This document shows, piece by piece, positions 1 through 15,749 of a stretch of 64,000 bases of DNA (position 1 is the first letter of the stretch; each line of letters opens with the position of its first letter). Both the position numbers and the translations under genes were made by a program. The notes beneath the pieces were generated by a model, which was not told where the DNA came from, did no database searches, and saw only the letters and a list, made by a program, of their open reading frames with translations. Source of the DNA: Octopus vulgaris (lineage: Eukaryota); assembly GCA_951406725.2 (NCBI GenBank), contig OX597818.1:87730001-87794000 (forward strand), written 5' to 3'.

Positions 1-53
<53 letters not shown>

Positions 54-159
54 ATGTATGTATGTATGTATGTATGTATGTATGTATGTATGTATGTATG
101 TATGAATGCATGTATGTATGTATGTATGCATGTATGTATATGTGTGTGTGTGTGTGTGT
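1..159. repeat. (TG)n/(TATG)n compound microsatellite, representative of dozens of (TA)n, (CA)n, (TATG)n, (TATC)n, (TAA)n tracts in the window
   Basis: Directly visible tandem repeats; such tracts generate most low-complexity ORFs in the track. Confidence 0.98.
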
Positions 160-547
160 AGTTTCAGACGACGAATATTATTCCATCTCCTGATTTTCAA
201 AACACATTCATCCAAAATTAGCGAAAGTTTTCACGCGAATAAAATAGAAAAATAAAAAACGACTAATGGAAGCCATTATCGCTATCATTGCTATTACATA
301 AACAACAACAACACCATTTGTTTACGCACACATACATGCATTCACACACACACACACACACGCGCACACATATGCAAACACATACTTGCGCATATAATCA
401 CATTTTTTCACGTAAAAATAAGCCAGCGGAGGAATTGTAACATATAGTCTGCGAATGATGGATTGAGCTAAACTGCGTATGGGTGATTTTCTTGTGTTTT
501 AGTGAAAACTCTTTCGTCGCCTCGTTGTACAACTTTTCCATCACACA

Positions 548-597
<50 letters not shown>

Positions 598-805
598 TGT
601 ATACATACATGCATATATATACATATATAAAGATATATAACATATATATGCACACGCACGCACACACACACTCCCACACATACACTCACACACACAGATA
701 AATTCATACACACACTCCCACACATACACTCACACACACAGACACACTCATATACACACTCTCACACATACACACACTCACACACACACACACTCACACA
801 CATAC

Positions 806-1138
806 ATGTATACATGTAATTTGGTGCTCCATCAGTTACGACGACGGGTATCTCAGTCAATCCGATCAAGAGAACAGCTTCCTGGTGTAATTAACGAACA
901 CGTGCCTGTGTACACCTCATTTAATGTACCTTTAATGTGTACCTTTAATGTAGTTCTCAGAGAGATTCGTTGTTATACACAATGTGACAAGGTTGGCACC
1001 TTTGAATTACAGATACTGCTCATTTTTGCCAGCTAAGTAGACTGGGGCATAATGAAATAAAGTTTCTACTCACAGGGAATCGAACTCATGACCCTACGAT
1101 CGTGCGCCGAAAACGCTAACCACTAAGCCACGCGACGT
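806..1138 (-). mobile_element. tRNA-derived SINE (family C)
   Basis: Minus strand begins GCGTGGCTTAGTGGTTAG (A box) ... GAGTTCGATTCC (B box); related heads at 33343 and 52055. Confidence 0.75.
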
Positions 1139-1142
1139 CATA

Positions 1143-1285
1143 CACACACACGCTCACGCACACGCTCACGCACACGCTCACGCACACGCTCACGCACACG
1201 CTCACGCACACGCTCACGCACACGCTCACGCACACGCTCACGCACACGCTCACGCACACACTCACGCACACGCTCACGCACACAC
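1143..1285. repeat. 12-bp minisatellite (CACACGCTCACG)n
   Basis: About 11 near-perfect tandem units derived from (CA)n. Confidence 0.95.
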
Positions 1286-1335
1286 ATTTGGCTATGTACA
1301 TACATACACACATACTTACATACTATACTGTACTA

Positions 1336-1606
1336 TTGAGAAATCTGTAGTTACAAGTTCAAGGCCCTGGGATATGTAACACACTGCATAAATACCAATC
1401 TTGAGAAATGAAACTTCTCAAATCAGAAAGGAGACAGCTAATACGATACCTACAAATCCAATCCATCACTGGAACAGTAAAAATCTGTAAAACTTTCCAG
1501 AAGTTTATCATTTAAATATATATGAGCATGTCTAGATATGCAACTATCTGCAAGAGAATACATACATAAAACATACAAATCTGCACATATGCATACCTAC
1601 ATACAT
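1336..1606 (+). mobile_element. 3' end of an R4/Dong-type non-LTR retrotransposon, CATA-associated family
   Basis: Encodes LQIQSITGTVKICKTFQKFII* then the same UTR as the copies at 5570-6545 and 15750-16780; ends in CATA repeats. Confidence 0.8.
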
Positions 1607-2257
1607 ATCAGTCAAAAAGTAGTCTGACCAAATATTCCATGTGAAATGCAACACGATTTGGGAATGAATGGTTCCACTATGTACTACGTCGACTTGTACG
1701 CAAGAACACGCGGTACATTACAGGAATTTCACATTGTCCTTTGATTTAATATTGTTTCAGATAGCGTAAATTTTGCACAACGTAAACCTTCAATGAGGTG
1801 CGAAAATATGTTTCTATATAAAAGACTAGTTAGCAATCCAGGATAAAATTAATTATATAGGTAAATACTTAACAGACCTTAATGATTAATATTAATTACA
1901 AGAAGCAGCAAAAAAAAAAAAGGAAAAAAACTCAGATTTATAATCCTTAACAAAATAATTGTTATGGTGTTCGTTCAAAAAAATAAAAAAACGTGTCTTG
2001 AATGTTTGCCAAGGTTTAGCAATAATTGACATAAAAATACATAAAAATACATAGAAAAAGAAAAAGAAGCGTCACGAAAGAAAATGGCAACTAGACAGAC
2101 ATTTTAAGATGTCGATTTTATACAAAGAATGATTCTAGAACATACAAACCACTGAAGAAAAAAATAGAGAAAAGAAATTTACTACGACTGCATCTGTAAT
2201 TGTTTTGACACAGCACCTGTGGTACAATTTCTATGAGTCCATCGTTTTATCACATCA

Positions 2258-2258
2258 C

Positions 2259-2340
<82 letters not shown>

Positions 2341-2354
2341 TATATTATTATTCA

Positions 2355-2418
<64 letters not shown>

Positions 2419-2499
2419 GTTGTTGTTGTTGTTGTTGTTGTCGTTGTTGTCGTTGTTGTTGTTATTGTTGTTGCTGTTGTTGTTGTTGTTGCTATTATT
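2258..2499. repeat. (ATT)n-(GTT)n trinucleotide microsatellite
   Basis: Directly visible. Confidence 0.97.
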
Positions 2500-2528
2500 A
2501 ATTGGAAATATATCAAACTAGACAACAC

Positions 2529-2705
2529 TTAGCAATTGTTGAATTTTGTCTCAGCGAAGGACGCAGTATTCTTGGAGAGAATACTGAGAGATAAACAGCC
2601 GACATTTACGAGAGGCGAAGACATTAACTGACTCGCGGTAGGGTGGTCTGGAAGGAAGGTGTTATGAGCTTGCAGTGATGTTGTCTGCTGCTTGCTTGCT
2701 TCATT
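2529..2705 (-). other. Candidate terminal coding exon of an unknown host gene
   Basis: Minus-strand acceptor-like TTTTACCTTCTTGCAG followed by 58 open codons (NEASKQQTT...FNNC*) in non-repetitive sequence; no recognisable homology. Confidence 0.25.
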
Positions 2706-2792
2706 CTGCAAGAAGGTAAAACGTATTAAAACGATATGACACAGAAATAATATAATGACATTACAAAATATACACGTATTGCACACACACAC

Positions 2793-2851
<59 letters not shown>

Positions 2852-2884
2852 TATACACATATACACACACACATATATATCCAA

Positions 2885-2923
<39 letters not shown>

Positions 2924-3019
2924 TATAATATATATACATACTATATAATATGCACATATATATATATATATATACATAGTACATACATACATATATATAT
3001 ATGCATACATAATACATAC

Positions 3020-3065
<46 letters not shown>

Positions 3066-3073
3066 TATATACG

Positions 3074-3107
<34 letters not shown>

Positions 3108-3164
3108 TATGCAGACAATATATGTATAATATGAAATATATACATACAAATATATATGTATATA

Positions 3165-3238
<74 letters not shown>

Positions 3239-3840
3239 CATATATATGATAGACACACACATACATACACACACACACAAATATATCTTGTCTGAGAACA
3301 ATTCTAAAGCATTCAACGCATTCATTGCTGGATGCTGGGTTTTTTTTCTTTTCTTCTCTGTTCTTTTCTGACATTTACATTCTGAGAAAAGCGTCTGAAG
3401 AGACACACATATGCACCCCCCCCATACAGACACAGACACAAACACACACACAAATAAGCTCTCTCTCTCACACACATATACACATCGAGCATACCCTCAT
3501 ATGCGAACTTCAAAGATTTGCACACAGAGAAGGCCTCTCACACGCAGACACGCATGAGCGTGCGCATACACTCACACACATGCACCCACGCAGAAGAGCA
3601 CATTGTCGCGCACGCATGGTACCACATCCCCCCACCTCATACATGTTACTGAGATAGATTGAGTCAGTGGGGTATGTTTCTCCATATGTGTGTGAGTGTA
3701 CGCGCGCGCATGTGTGGGTATATACGTGTGTCAGCTTGTGTGCGTATGTGTGTGTGAGTGTGTGTGCTATAAGAAATTCCGGAATAAAAGTCAAAAGAAC
3801 AAATCAAAATCAAAATATTGGCAGTTACATACGTGTATAA

Positions 3841-3897
<57 letters not shown>

Positions 3898-4051
3898 CAC
3901 ATTTATATGTGCATATATATATATATACACATATGTATGTGTGTATATATAGATATATATATAAATTTTATATATATATATACATATATATATATGTATG
4001 TATATATACATATATATATTTTTATGTATGCTTGTTCTTATACACGTATGC

Positions 4052-4107
<56 letters not shown>

Positions 4108-4315
4108 ACATATATATGTATATACATATGCATAATATATAGACAAATACATGCATACATATATGTATGTATGTGTATATATATATGTATATATTTTTAC
4201 ACAGACACGCACACACATATGTATGTATCTATGTATATATATACACACACACACATATATATATACATATATAGTTAAACATACTTATATACATATATGT
4301 ATGTATATATATTTG

Positions 4316-4348
<33 letters not shown>

Positions 4349-4883
4349 AAAGACGCACATGCTCATATATGTTCCCTACATATATGTATATTTACTATGC
4401 TCATATATCATCACGGACACAATTTGTACACCATTCTATATATGAGTCGACGTGTGTATACACCTATGCATAACCATGCGCGCAAGCACATACAGACGCA
4501 CACACACAACGCATACAAAACATTAAAAGATTCCTGTACTACGAAATGAAATAAATATGCAAGAGAAAAACAAAAATAACGTAAGTCTAGAGAAAACCAT
4601 GATAAAAATAAAAATGACCAACAAAAGACACAAAACAAAACAACGAGTGAAGGTAGCGAGATTGAAACCGCGTCATCTTGATGATCAATAAATGGAGTAG
4701 CTTTGGTTTTTATGCTTTCGTTTTCAAGTTTCTGGCAGCGTGAATGACGTGGTAGGAGTGAGTTGAATGGGAGGTGGAGTTGGGGGAGTAGTCTTAGTGT
4801 AATGGCGAGTGAGAAGGAAGCGAATATGCGGATGTGAGAATATTGCTACATATTTATGCTTTGTATGATATGTACGTATACAC

Positions 4884-4960
<77 letters not shown>

Positions 4961-5461
4961 AAAATTATAAGAGAGTTACCACTATGTGGATAGCTCTAGT
5001 GCTAAAAATAGCTCCGTTACTAATATAGCCATAGAAAGATGTTTCCAGGAAGAAATAACATTGCATTTAACGGAAGGAAAGTGAAATATAACGAAAAAAA
5101 TAGATTGACCCTGAACAATTGTTTCATTACTAATGTAATATGTAATTTTATTTACATAGACATCTATAAATCATCGGCAGATGTTTGTCTTAAATACAAT
5201 TTATTAGACCCTCACGAGCGTCAAATACACGTGCGATTTAATCGATTGCATTTGTAGTTATGCCTCATAGTGGTAACTCTCTTATAATTTATGTATAAAT
5301 TTGTATTATCTCCCTACTTTAATGTGTTAAGCCACTTGGTGTTAAATTGATGGTATTATTAAATTAATATCAAATTTTTCACCCTCATTTATAAATTTAT
5401 ATATATATATATGTATATATATTTATATGTATACATGTATGTATGTATGTATATATGTATG

Positions 5462-6545
<1,084 letters not shown>

Positions 6546-6675
6546 GAAGGGATATGCATGTATATATGTATGCATGTATGTATGTATCTCTGTGTGTATA
6601 TACAAATGAATATATATATATATACTTATGCACTCACACACATGCACACAACACACACACACATACACACATAGT

Positions 6676-6850
6676 CAATTAAAAAACAACACAGAGGAGA
6701 AAAAACAAACAAACGCGTGGTCGTGACAAAGCAGTGTATAAATAGGCGCTCAGGAAAGAAGTTTTATGTTTCGAGCATAGCTCTCCTTCGGAAATGGGAA
6801 GAGACAGGAAAGTCCAAGACGAAAGATGTGGGGAGGAGGGATAATTTGTT
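6676..6850 (-). mobile_element. Penelope pLTR-like fragment with degenerate minimal hammerhead (6761-6795)
   Basis: Minus: TTT CCGAAGG A GAGC TAT GCTC GAAA CATA AAA; similar to motifs at 20750, 21490, 45148, 48040. Confidence 0.55.
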
Positions 6851-6854
6851 TGCA

Positions 6855-7225
6855 TCAAACTCCATACTTGAATGGTACTTATTTTCATCGATCCCGAAAG
6901 AATGCAGGATAAAGTCGACCTTATAATTTGAACTCTGAAAGAAAAGCCGGAAGAATGCCACTACGCCTTTTGTCCGACGCGCAAACGATTCTGGCAGCAC
7001 GCTGTGTAAATGATAATGATAATAATAATGGTTTCGAATCCTGGCACAGGGCTAGTAAGTTCGAAGGAAGATGTCAGCCGATTGCATCAGCCTCTGCGCT
7101 CAACTGGTACTTATTTTATTGACCCAGAAAGAATGAAATACAAGTCGATGCCGGCGAAATTTGAACTCAGAATATAAAGACGGACTAAATGCTGCTAAGA
7201 CTTTTGCCCGGCATACTAACGATTC
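6855..7225 (-). mobile_element. Two adjacent diverged tRNA-SINEs (family A)
   Basis: Reverse complement of GAGTTCAAATT B box and CTTTCGGGGTCGATAAAATAAGTACC-like central domain, twice. Confidence 0.75.
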
Positions 7226-8323
7226 TTTCAGATTTCTGCGTCAATGGTAATGATATAGATATATACAAGCGTAACTTTGGTTTTACAATGATTGCGTGAA
7301 AGAAAATATATCAAAAAGAGCAAATAACCTTAAAATTACTTACAAATTCCCCATTAAAAGAGTACGCTGCTTATGAGCAATGAAATAAACCGCAGAAAAG
7401 CCTCAATGCCCCTGCCCACCAAGGGCAAAATATCCTCTTTCGTATTCTGTGTTCTGTTCTACAGGTGCATGCTCTGAATAGGCCCGTTCACACCTACCAT
7501 GTTTATTTCTCTTATCCAAATTTCAAAGAATATATTACAGGTAGCACCACCATCTTGTTCTTTCCCTCCTCAAGAGAAATTTGTAAGTGTTGAGATACTG
7601 TCGGAAGAAGAAAGTGTCTACCTTCAGTGTCTGTCTAGTTATTCTTTCAATCTCTGTATCTTCTGACTGTTTCTATTTTATCGAACCTGAAAGAAGCATT
7701 AGATTTTTTTTTCCTTCAAGCGAAAAAAGCTAAGGTTTACCAATGTTATCTGTTCCAAAAGTGTAGTCTTGTGATCCCTTGCAAAGGCACAGGGATACAA
7801 ATTTACGGGAACATATCACGCAACTTGATCGTCAACTTTTCCGAGAGTGCGGCATTAACAGTTTTCCTAAGACGTTGCAAGAATTGATTTTAGAACGAAG
7901 CAAGAATGAATGTATCAACACAAAATATAATATAGCTAAGAGCCAGAAAGCTGTGTTGGATAAATAACTGTTTTCAGTATTAGGGAATCAATTTCCGTAA
8001 CGTCACTTCCGCCTCGTTCGCAAATCAACGCCATTGGCAGTGCAGCTGTGATGAAACGAAAAGTCATCATTCTAAGAAGTTTTCAGAACACGGAAGTTCA
8101 TTACGAAACTTTTGTCTGTCATTGAGAGATCTTCCTCCCAGTGAAAAGATTCCTTGGGAAAGTCGAATGAAAGTGATTTGGCAAGAACTAGTCAAAGAAA
8201 TATCGTCTCAAACAAGTTGTTTTAAATATGCCCCATACACATACACACTCAGATATAATAACATAGTAGCGTACATGATTAGACACATTGCGAGAAAACT
8301 GTCAACCGTCACATATACGCACA

Positions 8324-8394
<71 letters not shown>

Positions 8395-8475
8395 CTTCAT
8401 CAATAGCATTCAAACTATTGTTTACTCAGGCGCACGAACATGCTAAACTGTAATCACTTTTACACATGCCTAAAC

Positions 8476-8520
<45 letters not shown>

Positions 8521-9515
8521 TACACAAATATATGCCATTCTTTTCACATATATAGTACATTCACATTCAGATATACACAAACGAACTCGCAAAATGGTGT
8601 GTATATGCATGTATATACATACACACAAACATTAACTTCTCTGTGTATGTATGTGTATACACACACTCGCGCGCACACATTCACACAAGAAAATGTAAGT
8701 GATTAGGAAGAACTTATTTAATGACTTTCATTAGCTCACAGCCGTTTCTGCTATAAGAGGCAATGCATTCATAGTTGAGTGCTAATTAAGTTCAATATAT
8801 AATCTCTTCTCTTGTCATTTATATAATCTCTTATTATGCTCTGCACTCGAGTAACGTTTTTCTCTGATGCATACGTACATTGTGTTCTAACACCAGGTTA
8901 TTAGAATCGCTATGCCTCAGTGATATATACATGCATGCATACTTTATTTGTGAAGAGGATGTGACTATATTGTGTGTGTATATTGTGTGTGTTTGTGTGC
9001 GTGCGTGATGTGTGTATATAGTGGGGTGAGGTATATCGTTAAAAAAATCGCTTTGCGTTCAGTCTCACTGCATGACAGCTTCAGCAAGTATTTCCGACTT
9101 CAACATCTGATGGACCGATTTCTTGTGAAAGAATATGGTAAATGGAAACTGTGAGGAAACCCGTGCAATATGTGTGTGTGTGTGTTTTATGTTTGTGCTG
9201 ATCAACTGAAGCTTTCTAGGCAGTGCCCCGGTATGGTTATAGTTCAATGACCGAAAAAAGTAAAAGAACATTAAATATATGCGTGTGTGTGTGTGTGAGT
9301 GCGTGTATGCGTGTGTGTGTGTATGAGAGCGTGTATGCGTGTATGTGTGTGTATACACACAACACACATGTACCTTCATTCGCATGTATATAGATATATA
9401 TGCACAAATACATGCATACACACATACATACATATAATGCAAAAAAATCTATTGTTTGATCGTTGAGTAATCACATGGTTAATAAAAATAAATGCACACA
9501 CATGTCTGTATGTGT

Positions 9516-9554
<39 letters not shown>

Positions 9555-9774
9555 CCTGCACATTGGCTCAGAACCAACCATTCGTAGAGCGTGCCAAGAG
9601 AGGGTTAAATAACATGGTTAGTTATAATGAACCATTATATTTGTATTGAATGATATTGGCCATATATATCATTGGCAGCTGTTGAAGTAATTTGTCTGTT
9701 AAATCTGTAACCCAGTTTCAAATCTCAGCCGATACATGTCAGGAATTTATTGCCGTATTATTTTCCGCACTCTT

Positions 9775-10000
9775 TAAGGCGGCCATCTGGCATAATCGTT
9801 AACACATCTGACAAAATTCTTAGTGGAATTTTTTTTTTACTTTACTTTCTGAGTTCAGATTCCGTTGAGGTGGGGTATATTTCACCTTCCATTCTTTAGA
9901 GATCGATAAAATAAGTACCCGTTGAATACTAGGGTCGATGTATTCGATTAACTCACTCCCTCAAAATTGCAGGCCCTGTGTCAGTAGTAGAAAAGATTAT
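9775..10000 (+). mobile_element. tRNA-SINE family A
   Basis: AAGGCGGC..TGGCATAATCGTTA head, GAGTTCAGATTCC B box, GATCGATAAAATAAGTACC core. Confidence 0.75.
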
Positions 10001-10329
10001 TTCTATATTCTGTCTTTCTTCCTGTCTGTCTTTCCCTCTCCTTGTATATGTACATACATATACGTACGCGTTTATTGCATAATTTGAATTTTATTCAGAC
10101 TAAAAGGCGTCATTGCAAAACGTTGTGTTTTTTATACGCTATATCTCTATACATCAGACTAGTGCATTCGATCTAATTTCGGAAGAGACACGATTGCATG
10201 GCATTGACAAGCAGCAAAAATGGCGAAGCGACTTTTCAGGGGCGGCAACGTTTCGCCTAGTTCTGAAGTATATTGCTTTTTTATTTTATTTTTAATACAA
10301 TGCGTCAATATCTCTTTACTGAAACATTA

Positions 10330-10760
10330 CTTGTTTCAGTAAACATGAACTGCGATCATGCTGGAGCAACTTAAGAGTTTAGCGGAATAAATCGACTGCT
10401 GTACTTATTTTTAAAGTTCTGCACTAATCGGTCTGTTATCGGGAATACGAAGAAACCAAAACCTATTGTTAAACTGTGGGGGAGGTAAAGCCGCAGAAAG
10501 ATACTCTCACGCATATATATATATATATATATACATACATACATATAGCTGTCTGTCTGTCTGTCTGTCTATACACACACACATTCACATGCATAAATAT
10601 ATACACGATGGGCTTCTTTCAGTTTCCGTCTGTCGAATCCACTCATAAAGATTTTTGCCGGCCCGGCGTTATATTAGAAGACATTTGCCAAAGGTGCCAC
10701 AGTGGAACTGAACCGAAAACCATGTGACTGGGAAGCAAACTTCTTATTCACAACAGCTAT
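10330..10760 (-). mobile_element. tRNA-SINE family B with internal (TA)/(CA) microsatellite
   Basis: Reverse complement of the 11150-11548 copy. Confidence 0.75.
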
Positions 10761-10860
10761 GCATATATACAAAACAATACATGCGCATAAGTGTGTTTGT
10801 ATCTGTGTGTGTGTGTAGTCAGCTAGAATTTATATACATCTTCATGGCTATACATTAAGA

Positions 10861-11149
10861 CAGTGGTTCTCAACTAGGGTCCGTATGGCCCCTAAAGGTC
10901 CATATAAGATTTTGTAGGGGTCCATACAACAAAATATCAAGCTGTAGATCGACAATAGTATTTTAATTTTGCTTTAGATCTATGTACTGGTATGTATTGC
11001 AAGAAACAGCTGGGTTTCTTTCTCTAACATTTTACATAGTTCAGCCTACACAAATTAATGTGTGGAAAACAAAATAGGAATTTCGGAAGAAATTTCTATA
11101 AATATAGAATGGTAATGGGAATCCACCACAATAAAATAGTAATCAAAAT
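10861..11149 (+). mobile_element. One end of a hAT (Charlie-like) MITE
   Basis: Starts CAGTGGTTCTCAAC; first 40 bp resemble the reverse complement of 60279-60319. Confidence 0.6.
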
Positions 11150-11314
11150 AGGCGTAGGATTGGCTGTGTGGTAAGTAGCTTTCTTACGAACTACATGGTT
11201 CCAGGTTCAGCCCCACTGCGTGGCACCTAGAGCAAGTGTCTTCCACGGGCCGACCAAAGAATTGTAAGTGGATTTGGTAGACGGAAACTGAAAGAAGCCC
11301 GTCGTATATATGTA

Positions 11315-11374
<60 letters not shown>

Positions 11375-11548
11375 TGTGTGTCTGTGTTTGTCCCCCCAAC
11401 GTCACTTGACAACCGATGCTGGTGTGTTAACCTCCCTGTAACTTAGCAGTTCGGCAAGGGACAAATAGAATAAGCACTAGGCTCACAAAGAATAAGTCCG
11501 GTGCTCCAGCATGGCCGCTGTCAAACGACTGAAACAAGCAAAAGAGTA
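11150..11548 (+). mobile_element. tRNA-SINE family B
   Basis: TGGCTGTGTGGTAAG A box, GGTTCAGCCCC B box, CORE-like ACCTAGAGCAAGTGTCTT, internal (TA)n, tail GACTGAAACAAG. Confidence 0.85.
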
Positions 11549-11985
11549 AAATTAATTAAACAGACTCTGCTTGGAATTATGGAACCTTTCTTCCATTCAT
11601 TAATACTGCGCGTGCGTGCGTGTATGCGTGTGTGTGTATGTCTGTGAGTGTGTAAATATTTCTTCCTATGTATGTATATACACTTACAACACACAAGTGT
11701 GCATACACAAACACACACACTCATCTTTTACATTTCATCGTGTGAGATATAAGAAAGAAATTGTTCAATCAATGTACATACATATCAATGCATCTTAAAT
11801 TGATTATTTTCAAGGAATAAAACAATATTTATCCAAGACATCCACATCTACGAATATGTATATAAGTGTGCGTGTGCGTGTGTGAGTGTGTATATGTGTG
11901 TGTGTGTATGTATGCAAGCTTCTGCACACCGTCTCCATACGCCCACACACTGATGTCAGCCATCTTGATATATATGTCTAGGAGC

Positions 11986-12032
<47 letters not shown>

Positions 12033-12098
12033 TACATATAAATATATGTGTGTGTGTATGTATGTATACATATATATATATATACATATATGTATATA

Positions 12099-12186
<88 letters not shown>

Positions 12187-12239
12187 ATGTAGGTGTGTGC
12201 ATGTATATATGTATGCATATACATACCCATGTTTGAACA

Positions 12240-12870
12240 TGTCAAAAATATAACTTTTACAGTTGACAGTTTGACAGACCGTCTATTAACTTCCACACCT
12301 TCCCAGAACTGTTTTCTCAAAGTTTCTGTCCTACTCGTATTCTTATTCAACAGAGTGTCTGGAGCCATCACTTAGAATTGAAATATTTGTATACTCATGG
12401 AACCTAAAAGCTTTTGGGGAATCAAGTAGAAGCGGTGGCGCTCATTATATTCACAAGAATTTGCTATAGTTGATTTTGTTGTTTTCGATATCTTCAAGTC
12501 ATGTATGGGGGCATGCATTGTTGCAGCGCGTCGTTGCATCCAACATTTGTCGGTATTTGCTCGGGTCATCCCTGGTAGTCCTCCGAGCAGTGATTCAGTC
12601 AGCCCCTGTCTACAAAATACGTTTTCATCCGCTATAACCATGTATAACCATGTGACATGTGTCCGACCGACATGAAGATTTACTCCAACCGGATACTCAG
12701 AAAATACAACACGGTATGCATGATGTGACCCGGAAAATCAAGCAACATGACTAAACGGCCTGGGCTGTTACATCTGAATCATACAAGTAACATGACGCAT
12801 CCCAGCTTAAGAACAGACGTTGATTGGATACGAAATTTGACCAATGGTAACCTTTAATCCTGCTAAGCGA
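12240..12870 (-). pseudogene. Highly degraded RTE-like LINE C-terminal fragments
   Basis: Weak resemblance to RTE C-terminal motifs across frames (SRTETLRKQFWEGVEVNRR, SNQRL, RDDPSKYRQMLDA). Confidence 0.35.
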
Positions 12871-13644
12871 CCTGACACCAAAGGGATTGAGGCGGCCCCT
12901 CAGTACTCTGGATAGTACCCAAGTATCTCAACTATATAACAACGCACAAAGTACCAACGATCTAAAGACCGAAGCTTGGTCCTCCTGCTCAAATATGAGA
13001 GTGGTGGTATAGGTGTGAACTCACAGGGCAATGAATATCTTCAAATCGAGAAAATTCATGAGCAAAAGCGTTCCAACGGCGACCATCCCATTTTTATTTC
13101 AAGTAATATTTGGTTGTATAGTCTTGTGTAAAATATCTGAATATATGATTATCAATGAAGATGTAAGCCACTTAGCAATTTGTACCAACGTTGATGACAC
13201 ATCTTCAGGTGCCTTGAATCTGATGCCTCTGACAGAAAGAAATAAACTTCCTGGCACGCGAGGGGTCAGATTGAAGTACCTTTAACAAGCTTCAAAACAT
13301 CTAGCAATCAATCACAATCATTTCAAATTCTTAAAGATTGGCCTTCCTGGGGCAACCGTAGGGAGCATTCTTGCTATGGATTTAAAAACAGAACAACGAA
13401 GGAGCTCAAAATCCTCTTAATACACCGGACTTTTCAAGAGGGTTCAAAAAATCTCACGGCATGAGGATAAGACCAGTGAGATTTATGGTCACTTTCCACT
13501 CATCTCTACTAATGTTGCTTAACTTGCAGTGGGCTTTACAGGCCACTGCAATCATGCTGTTTCGGGTATTATATTTTTTAGGCCTCCCTTCCCTTAAAGG
13601 AGGATACAACTACACTCTATCTATCTCTTTTACTCTCTTTCCTC

Positions 13645-14025
13645 TGTTTTACTTGTTTCAGTCATTTGACTGCAGCCATGCCGGAGTTCCAGCTTTAGTC
13701 GAGCAAATCGACCCCAGGACTTATTCTTTGTAAGCCTAGTACTTATTCTATCTTTCTCTTTTGCCGAACCGCTAAGTTACGGGGATGTAAACACACCACC
13801 ATTGGTTGTCGAACGTTGTTATGGGAACAAACACAGACACACAAACATATACACACACATACATATATATATACATATATACGACTGGCTTCTTTCAGTT
13901 TCTGTCTACCGAATCCACTCACAAGGCTTTGGTCGGCCCGAGGCTATAGTAGGAGACACTTGCCCAAGGTGCCACACAGTGGGAATGAACCCGGAATCAT
14001 CATGAGGTTGGTAAGGAAGCCACTC
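13645..14025 (-). mobile_element. tRNA-SINE family B
   Basis: Colinear with reverse complement of 55143-55577. Confidence 0.85.
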
Positions 14026-14049
14026 CTAGAAACATACATGTAATTAAGA

Positions 14050-14590
14050 ACCTATTAAAGCCTAAAAGATTTCAGGGGCCGCATTATGAGACGCATCTTG
14101 GTGGAGGTTTCTTAACAACATAAAGTGTGTCCTTTCATTTTCCTTATGACAGAACATACTTTGAGAAAGCTTTAGCTACTGCAACGAGCATGTCAAGTAT
14201 CCATGTAAAGGTACCATTATTGACACTACAAAAAGTCGTTAGACAAGAGTTGTTAGATTACAATGAATGACGGTTATGTTTTTATCGTTGATGTGTAGCC
14301 ATATCATCAGCCTATTTTTCATGTATTCCTACATATATAATATCTAGGAATATATTAATTTATACTTCTATTTTTACTGTGCCAGTTGCTTCTTACCCAC
14401 TGCTCAAAATCATGTCGATCCATCCACGTTTCCCCGACCAGTTGAGGTAATTTTCTTACAATCACCACCTACTTCTTCTTGTAACAGTATCTTTGCCAGT
14501 AGAAGGAACGCTCCGATGTCTCAAGCGTGACAAGTATTTTTACATTTCTCGTTTCTCTATAACTCCAGGGAACAACATTTTCCATTGTTA
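14050..14590 (-). pseudogene. Possible hAT transposase fossil
   Basis: Minus-strand GETWMDRHD (cf. ETRWxxRH) and VAVAKAFSK (cf. VASAERSFSK); otherwise broken. Confidence 0.3.
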
Positions 14591-14855
14591 CACAAGATTG
14601 CTAAATTTTTTTTATCTATTTCGATCTGCAAGTTCGCTGTTTAAATTTTTAGTGTTAGTGGCATTACGTTACTCGTGTTTACAGTGTATACAGATACACA
14701 CAGTGTATGTATATGTTTGTGTATGTGTGCGAGTGTTGTGTGTGTTTTGGGAGGCGTGCACTCTCATGACTGTTTGTTCCAATATGTCAGTTCTTTTTAC
14801 GGCATGTGACAATACAATAAATTTTTTGCTTTTTGTTGAAAATATTCGTTTACTA

Positions 14856-14943
<88 letters not shown>

Positions 14944-15229
14944 TTGTCGTTGTGCACTCTATAACGTGGAGGTGGTGCGTATCTCGTTTCTGCTATTATT
15001 GTTTATGAATACCAATAGATAACAGGCATAAGGTGTTAAAATTAACGCCCACCTTTCAGTAAAAAGCTAAAACTACTGGTACAGAATTCCATTAATCTGC
15101 TAAGTAATCTAAAATTTTGAGAAAAATTCTTCATAGGCTCTTATTAAATCCAAAGTTTTCGAAGCACAAAAAGGAACTTATCCCACTGATTCGATAAATA
15201 ATAATTCTTCCTAACTAATTTTAGCACAA

Positions 15230-15375
15230 TCTCAGCAATTTCAGGGGAAAGGGAAGTTGATTACATCGACTCCCCCACCACTATTCAACTAGTACTTATT
15301 TTATCGACCCCGAAAGGATGAATGGCAAAGTCAACCGCGGTGGAATTTGAACACAGAGCGAAAAGAGCCGGAAGA
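15230..15375 (-). mobile_element. tRNA-SINE family A fragment
   Basis: GTACTTATTTTATCGACCCCGAAAGGATGAA core on plus strand. Confidence 0.7.
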
Positions 15376-15499
15376 AAGTAACAAAGAAAGTAACCGTTCC
15401 CTTTACTACGCTTGTATTAATGGCAAAAATTATAGGGGATAGTGTTCATTATCCGGGAGAATAAATAGTCCTCTATGCCAACGTGTATGTGTTTGATGC

Positions 15500-15595
15500 T
15501 ATGTTTGTTCAGCTTTATTTCAAGATTTCTTCCCAATACAGGAAGAGTCGCTTTCTTACCTAGATCCAAGGCTCCTCTGTTGGAATTTTCAACAA
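15500..15595 (-). mobile_element. Extra 5'-truncated 3' terminus of the CATA-associated R4 family
   Basis: Diverged copy of 15750-15845 (TTTATTTCAAGATTTCTT...CCTAGATCCAAGG) in the same (TATG)n array. Confidence 0.7.
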
Positions 15596-15633
15596 TGTAT
15601 GTATGTATGTATGTATGTATGTATGTATGTATG

Positions 15634-15664
<31 letters not shown>

Positions 15665-15749
15665 TGAATGAACGAATGTATGTATGTATGTATGTATGTA
15701 TGTATGTATGTATGTATGTATGTATGTATGTATGTATGTATGTATGTAT

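Noticed and set aside
1143-1285. Regular repeat array as a CRISPR
   Set aside because: Units are contiguous with no unique spacers, no cas genes, eukaryotic context
7700-8230. Unique-looking ORF fragments (62 and 94 aa)
   Set aside because: No recognisable motif or splice structure; probably an old unidentified transposon relic
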